From Marsupella aquatica (taxonomy: Eukaryota > Plantae > Marchantiophyta): 64,000 bases of DNA. The notes beneath the pieces were generated by a model. It searched no databases. It was not told the origin of the DNA and was given only the letters and a program-made list of their open reading frames with translations. The first letter of the stretch is position 1. The number at the start of each line of letters is the position of its first letter. Below are positions 52,970 through 64,000 of this stretch, one piece after another. The stretch lies in assembly GCA_973895155.1 (NCBI GenBank), contig OZ316893.1, forward strand, positions 25,347,520 to 25,411,519, in the 5' to 3' direction. Made by a program: the position numbers and the translations under genes.

Positions 52970-54630
52970 GGGAGGATGGGGAGGATTTCTTGCAACCTAT
53001 GTAAGTGCAGTGACTCACTCTATACTCATTGAAGTCTGCATTCTGTGGTTGTGTGCTGCTGCGGTGAAATCCTGTGCTTTACGTCGTTTTTTAGTATTAA
53101 CGTCGTCTTGGCCGCACATTACCTTCCCTCTTACGATGTTTTCTTAGACGTACCTCACCTCTAACTACGTTAGCACTATATTAACGTCGTCCTGTCAACC
53201 TTAATACTATGGAGTCCCCCTGAACGTCTTAATGGACGACGTATGTATTAGTAATGTCGTATGATGATAGGTAAGTAACATCGCCCTGAACGACGTAACT
53301 TCCATTTGCTGCAGAAGCGGAAGTATGGCCAAGATGTCGAGCCAAGTGAGCATGAGCGGCTATACTCTAAGCGATATGGCCCGGCAGCCCTATGGGCAAA
53401 GCTTGACTCTGTTCCGGAAGACCACCCGGTAAGTGTGCTAGCTTGTTCAGTACCATTCCATAGACCTAGACTGAAACTATATCTTATGCAAACCTAGACT
53501 GAAATTGTATCTTGTGCACAGGTGGTTTAGTAGCACGACCCATTGAGGAGGATGAGGAGCCCAACACTGTAGCCCTGGAGGAGGGTACCCAAGAGGAGGA
53601 CCCAGTACCTTGCGGTCAGCAGGGCTCCACTTCTCGTGACCTTTTCCCTGCACTGGAGACTCATAGGGCCAGAGGACAAGGAAGGGAGAGACAGAGGGAG
53701 GAGGGAGATAGAGATAGAGAGAGGAGAAGGAGAAGTGGTGAGAGGCGGTCCACTAGGGTAACACGTAGCACCAGGCAGATAGTGCCAAAACCTAGAGGCA
53801 AGGCTCCACCCTCGGCTGCACCGGAACCAGAAGGCAGTAGCAGTGCCTCAGAGCAGGATGCCCAGTAGTATCAGTTGCGTTGGCGACGAGGCAGAGGATT
53901 GGGACGTGATAGGCCCCATTCTCAACGGCATTAGGTTGTAGGTATTTCAGTAGTAGGAGGTCCTCCATGCATTATGTACATATTTTTTGCCATTTTGATT
54001 CAGGCCACCCATTTGTGGTGGCACCTCATTCCGGGTTACAATATGTAAAAACACATGGTTATATTGTGTGTGAGCTGAACCCTAACAAGGACCCCACCCA
54101 GACAGTGCAATGTGTAATAGGATGTATGTACTCCCGTATACGTCCTCCTTTATACGACCTTTAACCACCACAGTACATCGTTGAGCCCTACATAAGCCAA
54201 CATACGTCGCACAACAAGAGCACGATACATCGTCCCCTACTATGTCAACTTACCCAAACGTCTCAAAAGAGGTCATAATATACCGGCCACGGACGACGCT
54301 AAAATAATACGATGTTTAGTGCATTGCACATTACAACGTACTAGACGTGGTTAATGTTTCATTACATAGCCTGACACGACGTTTATGGGTAAACTTACAC
54401 ACGAGCATTGGCCATATTTTACGTAGCCTAACACGTTGTAAAATCATATACCTCCTATTGTACGACGTTAAGAACAGTGTTCTGGACGTGATAAAGAGCG
54501 TCTCCCCAAACGTGGTAATTAACGTCGCTCTATTAACGTCGTGAATGAGGTCTTTCCTCCTCTGGCCATATACGTCGTGATTAACGTCTTCTAAAAGTCC
54601 GTTAATCAGACGTAAAATGTAGTTGTGTAC

Positions 54631-56249
54631 ACCTGCTCCGGCGAACCCCCTGACAAACCAGACCCGACGGCCCTCGCATAATCCAAAGTCTAACTTATTA
54701 TAGGTAATCCGCATCCCCGAGGTAGTCTGGATCACGATCAAAAAACTCAAACATGCGGACTATCTCAAGGAGCATCAGTTGGAACAGTACGCTCACTTGC
54801 TATGGAGACCTTGCGCAACTGGGCCAAAGGAGATTTATGAGTTCACATCCAACTTCGACACTGACGCATCGACCACCAAGGTTTCAGGACAGACCTTATC
54901 ACTCACGGAGCATCGGTTGGCACAGATCTTCCGTCTGCAACCTAGGCCGGTGTCGGTTGAACTCTGAATTTGGGATAAGGAGTATACGCCTTGGCACTTT
55001 AAACCCGAGGGTAAGACAGATAACGGGTACACAAGCAGGGGTCGTGCACCAATTTAATTTGTATGGAGCGGCTTAACTTCATACGGACTACCCTACACAC
55101 GATTGAGCCACGATCCGAGATATCCCTCTGTACGATCGTACAGGTGGAACAGTACAAACGGTGGAACTGGGCCCAATTCTTTTACCGCAGGTTCTCGGGG
55201 AGCTTAAGCGGGCTCAAGGAGGTATGTCTATCGAGGGAAGGACCTACCTCGGAAGTCACATCGCCATCATCCTTGCCTGGTACAAAGCGCGATGGGAGGC
55301 CAGGGGGAAGAATATGGCCACCTCAGCTCCGACTAATGTCACCCCCGCTCCGGAGGAGGCTACCCCGAGCAAACGGACTACCACACCTTGGGCAAACCCC
55401 GAGCCCACGGCCCCGACTAATACTCCGTCACCTCCTCCTGTTGAAATTCCGCCACCCCCTTCCGTCGAGCCTCCGCTACCCCAAGTACAACCACCCCCAA
55501 TCCCACCACCACCTGGAGAAACCTTCCCCTCCCCATTGCAGACTACGGAAGAGCTCGCCGCCCCGCCCGAGGAACCACCGGTGCCCGAGAGGATGGAGGA
55601 CTACCAAGTAGCCCCAGGAACCATGGCCTACGACCTGGTCAAGAAGTTTAGCCAGACTATGTCAGGGGAGCTGGCAACGTACATCGGACAACAAGTCTCG
55701 GCGTACTTCCAACCAGCCTTCTTCATGTTAGAGCACCAACCGCGGATCGTAAGCCGTTTGGAGGAAGAACTCATGGCAAAGGGGAACGAGATCGGGCGCC
55801 TCCAAATGCTAGTGGAACACCTTGAAGAGGAGGCCACTACCCGTTGTGAGGAGTTAGTCCGCACCATTGAACAACAGGACGGACTAAGCCAAGAGTTGAG
55901 CATGGCGCAAGCAGATCTCAAGAAGCTGGATGACACCGTGCTTTGGTTGCGCTCAAAATCCTCGGCTCGGGTTACCAGCTTGACCGACCTCAACAACCAA
56001 CTCCTGCAATCAGCGCAGCAGGTGGCTAGTCTCTTCGCTGAGCGAGATAAACTGCTGGTGCAGGACCAGGCCCATCGTGACTCCATCAGCCAGCTCAACC
56101 GGGAGGTAGCACGACTCCAGGTCAAGCCAATGAAGCTGCAAACGAGGCAGAAGAGGTGGTATGGGACAACAAGGTCTTGCACGACCGCATCACCCTACTC
56201 GTCCTCCAGCGGGCAAGACCTGGACCCACCTCTGAACAAGGCGGCTTGA
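54631..56249 (+). pseudogene. 3' part of the element A ORF (frameshifted), with Pro-rich linker and coiled coil
   Basis: LEQYAHLLW..IYEFTSNF..VSGQTLSLTEHRLAQIFRL, RLNFIRTTLHTIEPRSEI, YLGSHIAII and MSGELA match element B LEAFVRLPW..LLEFVGSW..IYGKDFYLTPKVIAEVFGL, INFLRVTMHCNLPRAEI, RLGYHMPLL and MCGELA. Confidence 0.78.
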
Positions 56250-57280
56250 GGTCTCGCCCCGACAAGGGGACAAACCCTGGCTCGACCACAGCATGCACTT
56301 AAGGGGTGGTTAGTAGAGGGTGTGAGAAGGCACCGTGCGGGGCAGTTGAGTCAGCGACATCTTTTGATTAGGCTTAACGACAGAATAGCTATCACTAGGC
56401 ACCGATTAGCGGCGCAGTAGGAAGCATTAGAACAGAATCAGTTAGGATCGGCCGGTGTAGGATAGAATCCATCAACGGATTAGGATTTTGGTCAGTAGAC
56501 TTGGCTGCTACCGCCCTGGTCAACGCCCCCGCCATTGACGGTCAACTGGTTAGAGGTAGTGCGGCCAGTTAGTCAGAAAGCAGTTAGTCAGTAGGCATTA
56601 CCCGGGAGGTAGTATCCTCTGGTGTAGTATTTAGGCTTCCCCTTCCGTTGTGGGAGGGGGGGAAGGCTTAGTTATTTCAGCGCAAGAAAAGGCGAGGCAC
56701 GGGGAGTCCCCGCCTGAGCAGGGTCAGAGCGCATTAAGGAGTGAGAGCCAGAGTCGAGCTTGCTGGGCAAGTGCCGGGCGGGGCCTCGTAGAGACTGGGC
56801 ATCGACTGTCTTAGGCCTGCTGACCCCGTTAGAAGTCGAGTCAACTATGTAAACTGATTCTCCGCTGAGTAAATATAGTCTTTTCCCTCTAATCCTATTG
56901 CGAGTAACTGGTGTTCCGTGTATGCTTTGTCTGGGCAAAGGCGCCATTTCAAGGGACGCACCGGGTGCAGACTAATGGTAGGGATTGCCACCCATCGCAT
57001 GTCACAGGGTTTTGTCACGTCGAAGGCTTGAAAGTCCCAAGCCGGGAGTTAGTCCGAGTCACTAACTATGGGAATATTCCAGCGGTGGAAAACAAACATA
57101 CCTATGACCAGTACGAGTTGCGTAAGTATTATACCGGTAAGTATATTGACTTAGGCTGACTTAGGGCTAATCAGGCCCACTACACACCTCCTTGCCCGAA
57201 CCCTCACCCCCACTGGTGGTTGTGGTTGCTCCAGGGAACTAACTCGGATTTAAGGCCCGGGTTATGGGCGCGACATTGTT

Positions 57281-57926
57281 TTTGCCTCGTTAGAGCTAAT
57301 TCGTAGGACCGTCAAAACTTACCACCTTCTATCTTTTACTTTCTAGAGCTGATTAGTTAGCAGTCCTTGGACTTCACTACTTGGCCTCCATATACGGCTG
57401 GCTAGGCTAAACAGTTAGGAGCCCCCAGAACTTGCTACCTTCCATTTCCAACTCGTTATAGCTAGTTTGTTAGGTGTGCTCGAAATGTACCACCTCCCAT
57501 TTCCGACTGGTTAGAGGTAAGTAGGTAGGAGCCCTCGACACTTACTACCTTCCATTTCTGACTGGCTAGGCTAAATACTAGAGAGCCCTTGGAACTTACT
57601 ACCTTCCATTTCCAACTTGTTTCCAACTTCCTAGAGCTAATTAGTAAATTTTCATGGAGCTTACTAACTTCCATTTTCAACTTTCTAGAGCAAATTAGTT
57701 AGGAGCCCTAGGCACTAGCTCCTTCCTTTACGACTCTCTACTAGGCTAAATAGTTAGGAGCCCTCCAAACTGGCCACCTTCCATTTCTGACTTGTTAGAG
57801 CTAATTAGTCAGGAGCCTTTAGACCGTACTACCTTCCATAATTTCAAATTTGTTTCTGACTTGTTAGAGCTAATTAGTAGAAACTCTCGGAACGTACTAA
57901 GTACTTCCAATTTTGACTTGCTAGGG
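57281..57926. repeat. Degenerate ~60-bp tandem repeat array, right part (same family as 28145-28474)
   Basis: About 10 further units of the same motif. Confidence 0.85.
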
Positions 57927-60900
57927 GTAACGAGGCAGTGTCTAACTAAGTAGATCAGCGGACAGATACTCCCAGGCTCGCACGGCCTTGCCATAAGCTG
58001 AAGCTACTAGGTCGGCACTCACTGAGCCTAGCTCGACCGCTCGTCCCAAACAGCCCCTCTACCGTGTGATGCCCAAGCTTCCCCACTTTCTCTGTGTAAT
58101 TGACTGACCCCCCTGCCTCTAGGACATGCCCAAGGCATGGCCAAAATAGCTAGCTTGTTTCAAGTGCCCGGACCAGCTCAGTCCCGACTCTCGCAACCAT
58201 CTCCATGGGTCTAACTGAACCAGGATCTTGAGGGCATGATGCACTTGGACCTCAACACCCAGGCCTACTCTTCAATGTCTCCCCAACACAATCTCTTGTA
58301 GGAATTGAACGCGAATTGGATGTTGTTTCAAGCAAGCAAGCAAGATTGCCCTTGAAAACTCTGAGTACCAAAGTCACTCCCAGGACAAAATTGATATCGA
58401 GAGGAGGTAACTCTCTTTAAGAGCTTTCCAACTCACCCAAGAAGTACTGCAGCAGACTTCCCGTTCAGAAAATATTGTCATTTTTATTTGGTGTTTCCCC
58501 TTAGAAGCGTGAACCCCCCCTCCCCCCCCCCCCCCGCCCTTCACAACTTGGGCTTGCCCTTGGCCCATAGGAGACACCACTCCCCTCATATATATATGCT
58601 GATGGTGACCTGCCACTCCTGGACCAAGGTTGGTCCCCTATTTTTGCCCCCCGCCCCCTACCCCACGAGGACTTTGACCAAGTCGACTGGGCACAAAGTT
58701 AATTTTTCTAGGCCCATAATTTTCTTGTGAAGCAGCCACATATGAATTTCCTTAGCCTATAGTGATTAAGCTGATGTGGTGCTCATGCCCGGCCCCTTAG
58801 GATTCATCCCCTATCAGGGGTCTCGGGCGGCTCCACCCAAGCCCTGCAAATTCTCATGCACTAAGCGTCTGTTCCGCATGAACCAAACTTCATTGCACTT
58901 AGGCCCAAGAGGAGTGCTCAAGTACTCAGAATCAAGAGTACATAATTCAAGGGTCTGGACAGTCCGCCCTCAGCCCGGCCCTTTTCGTGGCCCGACCAGC
59001 TCAGAACGCCAATCGGAGTCCTTTGTGTGCAACCCTAGCTCAGCGCATCACCTTTGCTAGAGTAATGCCTCCTTGCTCTCAAGTCTCCCCATAATTAGCC
59101 CATTCCGAATATCCATTTGAGATCGAGTGACCCGGCTAGTGACATGATTGCTTCTGAATACATAGAAGGTGAGAATCTCTCTATAACAGAACCTAGCTTG
59201 AACATGTTTTTCAGTCAGGTTTATGGAGTTTTTTTTATTGCACTTTCCAGCCATTCCCACATCAATTTTTTTCTGGAAAAGAATCAAAGATCTTGTCCCA
59301 TTATGTCAATTGACTTAGTAAAGACTCCTATCAATGCTATCAAGGTCATATTTCTGGGACCCTCCTAGATGCTGTTTACTACCGTGCTCTACGAGGCTTT
59401 TGGGTTTGTTGCTCAGTACTACTTTAATTACTCCTTTTGCCACATTGTCTAGTCTCTCCAGCTTTTTGGTTCTTTGGGCTTCTTGGGGTTTTCACTGGTT
59501 TTGTCCCGTTTACTGGATCTCAGGGCTGTGGGATCTTGTCTCCAGGTTAGGAGCTTTTTGTATCTTAGCAGCATGATATAATTATACTGTCATTGCTTTC
59601 AGGATCATATTTCAGCATATTTCTACGATGCAATATTACTTTGCGTGTATATTTCAGCACGCCAGCTCCCGACAAGGTGGGTCACTCCCGTTTGATGTCT
59701 GTCCCAACTACAAAAGCGACTTTCATTTCTGGCAAAAATTGCAAAAAGAGCTAGAGAGAGAGAGAGTCCAAGTCTCCCACACTCCAAGTACTGTTTAAGA
59801 CCTGGAGGATGGCCCATCAGTCTATCCTTCTCCGACCCACCACCGAAAAGGACACGACGAGATCTTCAACTACGTGGATGTCATGTGAAATTGCCCCAAT
59901 CTGTCTTCTTTCAAGAGACCACATCAATCATTTACGCTTTCTCTCTTTCCCTTGGGGTTTGGGGAGCAAAGCAAAGCAAAGCCTGGCCTGGCCTGGCCTG
60001 GCCTGGCTACGTTATGCATGACCCACGCAAGCCCAATGAACGCCAAGACAAACGTGCAAGTCCCTTTATAGATCCCCCTCCCAACATCCATCCGAGTCTG
60101 GGATTCATATATGATCACCTGCAGCCAAGGCAATGATCATACGAAGCGGACCAGCAAGCGAGAACGACGAGAGACCCACCGTTGCAAACTTTGCAATGCA
60201 ATGGCCCTTCCAATCATTTGTTCGTTGCTCTACTTGCGACATGAAAGTTTGAATCCCAGTACACACTTTATCGGCAAACAGTCCACACCTACGGAGCTGC
60301 ACAACTTCAAATACAAAACTGTTCGATGGTAGTGGAAAGCATGCTCAGTCTGAAATGTGTGGATTGCGGTGCCACACTCCTGTAGCTCGTTGAGATTCGG
60401 GACCCAGCAAGTTGAAACACGCTGTCTACTCGAACTTGCCCAAGGCAACGTTGATTGAATGCGTGAAGTGGAGAGCTGTGCGATGGAGAAAAAAGTGGAT
60501 GCACTTTACACTTTTGTTTCAGACAATATAATCAGAAGATCTATCGTAATCCGACTTTCTTGGGGAAAGCAAAATGGCGGAAAGGCTGTGACTTGGGTTC
60601 TCGTGGATGCTTGTTTGTAAAATACTGAATGTGCAAAGTGCGTTCTCAAGGATCATGTTTAGCACTTTAATGTGGCTTTACAAGAAATTGAGGGCCCATT
60701 GCTTCTCTTTATTCACTCTCACATTAAATTTGGACACTATAATGAGTGAAAATGGTTGTTGGCTTTACAAGTACTGGGCCCCTATTCAGATATGGTGTCT
60801 AGGGATCCGACATGACAAGTAGTGGCCTCAAGTAAATGCTACTATGGAGTGCTTAAGTTTGTCTAGAATTTAGACCACCTCCCAATGCAATCCAAACATT

Positions 60901-63407
60901 TCCAAACCTTGGCTCCCCTCTTTCAAGGGATTTGCTTTTGTTGAAGGATTTAAGGTCTACAGTCTATCATGACAACAAAAGGGGCACTCCAGTTTGTCAT
61001 ACTGAAAAGAAGTCACAAGTGCCCCGTACTTCTTGTAAAGCCACCCTTAACTGCATGAACCCTGTTTTGTTTAAAATTCCAAGCAATTGAATGGAGGAGA
61101 GTACCAACAAACAGATGATTCTCTATTCAAAAAAAGTACCACACTTGAAACGGACAGAATTGGACACTGGCTTCCTTTGAGAATATTTAATTGAGAAAAT
61201 CCCAAAATGTTCAGTTGGTATAAAGGGTAGGGACTCTTGCTTTCCATGCCAAAAATGGAAGGGTAGACAAACTTGTAACCAAGCACACTCAAATTCAATT
61301 TCTCTGCATGTCGTGTTGTCAGGGTGAAGTAAGCCCTCCTTGTGAGTCCTTCTTGGTGTTTTCAGTGAAGATTACATGGAGCAAGACCTCTTTGCCATCC
61401 TGGCCCCAAGATTTCATAATTTAAATATGTGTTATGAGATGGGTTACTGGCATGGAGCGAGGTACCCACTCCTTCCAACCATAAGTTTTTTGAAGACCCA
61501 AAATGAGGGTTGATGCTCAGTAACCAAAAGGGGTTATGGACTGTCACCCGCTCCAGCCCATGGGTTACCCTAAACATCTCTGGTGAGTTGAGGTGCTTTG
61601 CCCTTCTGTGTGCTTACACTGTGCTTCTTGGCATATAAGAGTTCCAATTTGCAAAACAAGGGAGGCAATACCAAATCCAAACAAATCCAACCCAAAGCAC
61701 AATGCTCCAAGGTGAGCTAGGACACAGACCAAGTCACAGGAAGACTGCAAGAATGGTCTATCTTTGTATGACTCCATGGTGCCCAAAACTATACACTGTT
61801 CACTGTAATTAGTCTCATCTCGGATTAGTGTTAGTCTGTGATAATGTTGGTAGTCCTGATTTAAGCGTGGGGCAGGTTTGAATACAAATAGCACTAAATG
61901 TGGTGGATTTTTGGGTTAAGACTATTTAGAGTTGGAATTCCCTAAACTACAATAGAGCACTTCAACTTGTCACATTGCTCGTTAAGTAGTGTAGCCCTAT
62001 TGAGACTCATTTCCCTAGGCATAACTTTTGTTTTTTTCTAGTGATCTTGGGTGCATGAGACACACTCTAGTTGTTGGCTCTTTGAGGTGAGAGCAATGTC
62101 TTTTGTATCTGTGCATTGGAACCCTCTCACTATTACTTGTATGAAGTACTAGACAGTCTCTGAAATGTGACTCCAAGCAAATCTCCAAATACAATTATCC
62201 ACAAATGGAATTAGTATTATCTTTACTCTCCAAATAGTGTTATGCCAAAACCTCAATTAGTATTACACTAATGGTACTTAATGCATACATTATTAGAGTA
62301 GCTCTAATGAAAGTGCTCTACTGTGAATTGAAAAGTAAACCCCCAAAATTTAGGCTACACAAGTAGTACGTACGACCAAGACTACCCTGGGCTGAGCAGT
62401 GTAGTTGCCCAACGATAATTTGAGGTATTTCCTTAATTGACCCCCAAAATGAAACTTGTTACTTGATCAATCTCTTGAAATCTATCAACGGTCCAGATCT
62501 GAGATCTAAAGGTCCATCAACAGTCCAGATTGGGGAAAAGCATGGAGGGGGTTGACTAAGCAAACTTTTTCAAGAAGGGGGTCTACTAAGCATATCTCTC
62601 ACGATATTTGTATGCAGTGAGGTTCTAGGCTTCACTTGGTTCACTCAATTGATAGACATTTAGATCTCAACCTGGAAAAGTTCAGAAACTTAGTGCATGC
62701 AGTCCCTTTTGAACTCACCCTAGTCCTCTCACAAGAAATCCTGCCTCTCTTTGGTGTGAGAGAGATAGATAGTCTCATTCCCTTCTTAGACTGCAGGTGT
62801 GTGTTGCACTATAGAGGGCTTATGCATTCACTATTCAGAGGAGGGCAAAGGTTGATGGTTTTAGGGTCTCTCCACAAATTTCTCTTCCATAACCCTTGTA
62901 TGCCATTTACCCCTGCACTTTAGCAAGGCTTTTCAGCTCACTGTTGAGTAGGGTTTTTGTTTCTTTGCTATTGGGTGGACTCTCAAGATTTTTGGCTTGT
63001 TAGTCTTCAAAGGGTATTTTCTTTGTTTTCTCCATTTTATTACGTAAATCACAGTGCCTAAGGACTAAAATGCCAAACCAGGAGACAGGGCTCCAATGGC
63101 AAAGCCATACAATAATGGGAGGGAGAGGCAGGGGACAAGGCCCCAAGAAGAGCAAAGTGGTCCAATCAGCCAAGGAATCCCCCACAACAACAAAAGAAGA
63201 AAGACAAAAACAAAGAACTCACTATGCAGCCAAGAAAACTAACTCCCTACAGGATGAAGAACTAAAATGCCTGGAAGCGATGTGGAGTAAACGGCATAAT
63301 TAGGGGGGTCGCAAAGAGAAATCTGTCTAGAGCCCTAAAACCAACTGCCTCGCCTCTATGGAGGATACTGAAAGCCTGAGCCCTTTGAAGTGCAAGGGGC
63401 ACCCTGT

Positions 63408-63450
63408 GTTACCTATAGAAGGTATTTGTGTTGGGTTTGATGAAATTGTT

Positions 63451-63496
<46 letters not shown>

Positions 63497-63656
63497 ATTA
63501 CCAAAGAACATAACCTATAGAAGGCATTTGTCTTGGGTGGAGAGAGATAGAGAGAGAGTACACAAAGTATATATCCCATTACCGAAGAAGGCACTTGTCT
63601 TGGGTAGAGAGATAGAGAGAGCGTGCACAAAGTTTATATCCCATTACCAAAGAACT
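63408..63656. repeat. Short tandem repeat with (GA)n microsatellite
   Basis: (GA)n at ~63453-63493. Units agaaggca(t/c)ttgtcttgggt...cccattacc repeated three times. Confidence 0.75.
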
Positions 63657-64000
63657 AAAGGTCCAGTCCTGGAGACAAAGCTACCAACGCAAGAGACCCA
63701 ATAAAGGGGAAAATAAGGCAAGAACCCCCAAAAGGCCAAAGAGCCAAAAAGTACTAAGTTAAAGAGATATAAAGAGGTATAGAATAAAGAAGATGCCATG
63801 TGCGTCAAAGTTTATCTTTTAGGAAAGATGCTGGGACTCTCTCCCAAGCTGGTCTCTCATTATCTACTCTGAATAGTGCACACTGAAAAAGTTTGCACCT
63901 CCTCATGGATAGAGAGAGAAATGTGCTTTTGTTTTGGATGTATATGAGAATTTATGTTTTACACTATTTGAACGAGGATTTTTAAATATGAACCAATAGA

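Larger units (their letters stand above)
47138..53868 (+). pseudogene. Second (TnpA-like) gene of the outer element, split by element B
   Basis: ATG 47138 is in frame with ORFs 47285 and 47549 through two stops. GFRNGQEIDYRHIRKKIVNHLADQRF aligns with inner AFRNGPDIDEQWLADKISNSMSQMRY. Resumes at 52975-53000, then exon 53315-53428 and a final exon ending 53868 (last junction phase unclear). Confidence 0.75.
29672..54627. mobile_element. Outer En/Spm (CACTA-superfamily) DNA transposon with CACAA termini; ~10.4 kb of its own sequence
   Basis: Perfect 14-bp TIR CACAACTACATTTT ... AAAATGTAGTTGTG. 3-bp TSD TAC (29669-29671, 54628-54630). Subterminal ACGACGT/ACGTCGT clusters at both ends. Encodes TnpD-like, TnpA-like, SET and BRCT ORFs. 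Confidence 0.92.
28475..57275. mobile_element. Solo-LTR-like element A (TG...CA ends, 5-bp TSD), ~3.84 kb of its own sequence, expanded to 28.8 kb by nested insertions
   Basis: Starts TGTGACAC (28475) and ends GGGCGCGACA (57275). TTGTT flanks both sides (28470-28474, 57276-57280), and the same tandem array continues on both sides. Own sequence is 28475-29671 plus 54631-57275. No paired LTR, RT or integrase seen. Confidence 0.8.

Noticed and set aside
48879-56182. Minus-strand Ser-rich ORFs (e.g. 48879-49406, 51266-51778, 55628-56182)
   Set aside because: Antisense shadows of the Glu/Lys-rich plus-strand ORFs.
28475-57275. A single intact giant LTR retrotransposon
   Set aside because: No direct terminal repeats, PBS/PPT, RT or integrase. 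The length is fully explained by nested insertions with their own TSDs.
28145-57926. ~60-bp array as a CRISPR array
   Set aside because: Units are degenerate along their whole length with no unique spacers, there are no cas genes, and the context is eukaryotic.
57927-59050. A third solo LTR next to the array
   Set aside because: Composition is LTR-like, but the ends (GGTAACGA...GCATCACC) are not TG...CA and no TSD was found.
59600-63400. Short ORFs as host exons
   Set aside because: No recognisable domains or consistent splice structure.

Overview
Eukaryotic, repeat-rich DNA, most consistent with a non-seed land plant (an inference from the transposon types; the organism cannot be determined). 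No host protein-coding gene could be called with confidence. The centre of the window is a nested transposon cluster whose four boundaries each have a perfect target-site duplication (TSD). A ~60-bp tandem array is split by a TG...CA solo-LTR-like element A (28475-57275, TSD TTGTT). Element A is interrupted by an En/Spm-type DNA transposon with non-canonical CACAA ends (29672-54627, TSD TAC). That transposon carries two further insertions: a second CACTA element (32254-42142, TSD CAA) in its transposase and a second solo-LTR-like element B (48300-52969, TSD GGGAG) in its TnpA-like gene. Both diverged CACTA-type elements carry a SET-domain (lysine-methyltransferase-like) exon inside what looks like the first intron of the transposase gene. 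A shared CxCxxC...H first exon can be spliced in frame to either the SET exon or the transposase. The outer element also carries a BRCT-domain gene. Both solo-LTR-like elements encode homologous long proteins with a coiled-coil region. The flanks hold a 5'-truncated CRE-like LINE inside a MULE-like element, MITE-like foldbacks, minisatellites and decayed TE remnants.
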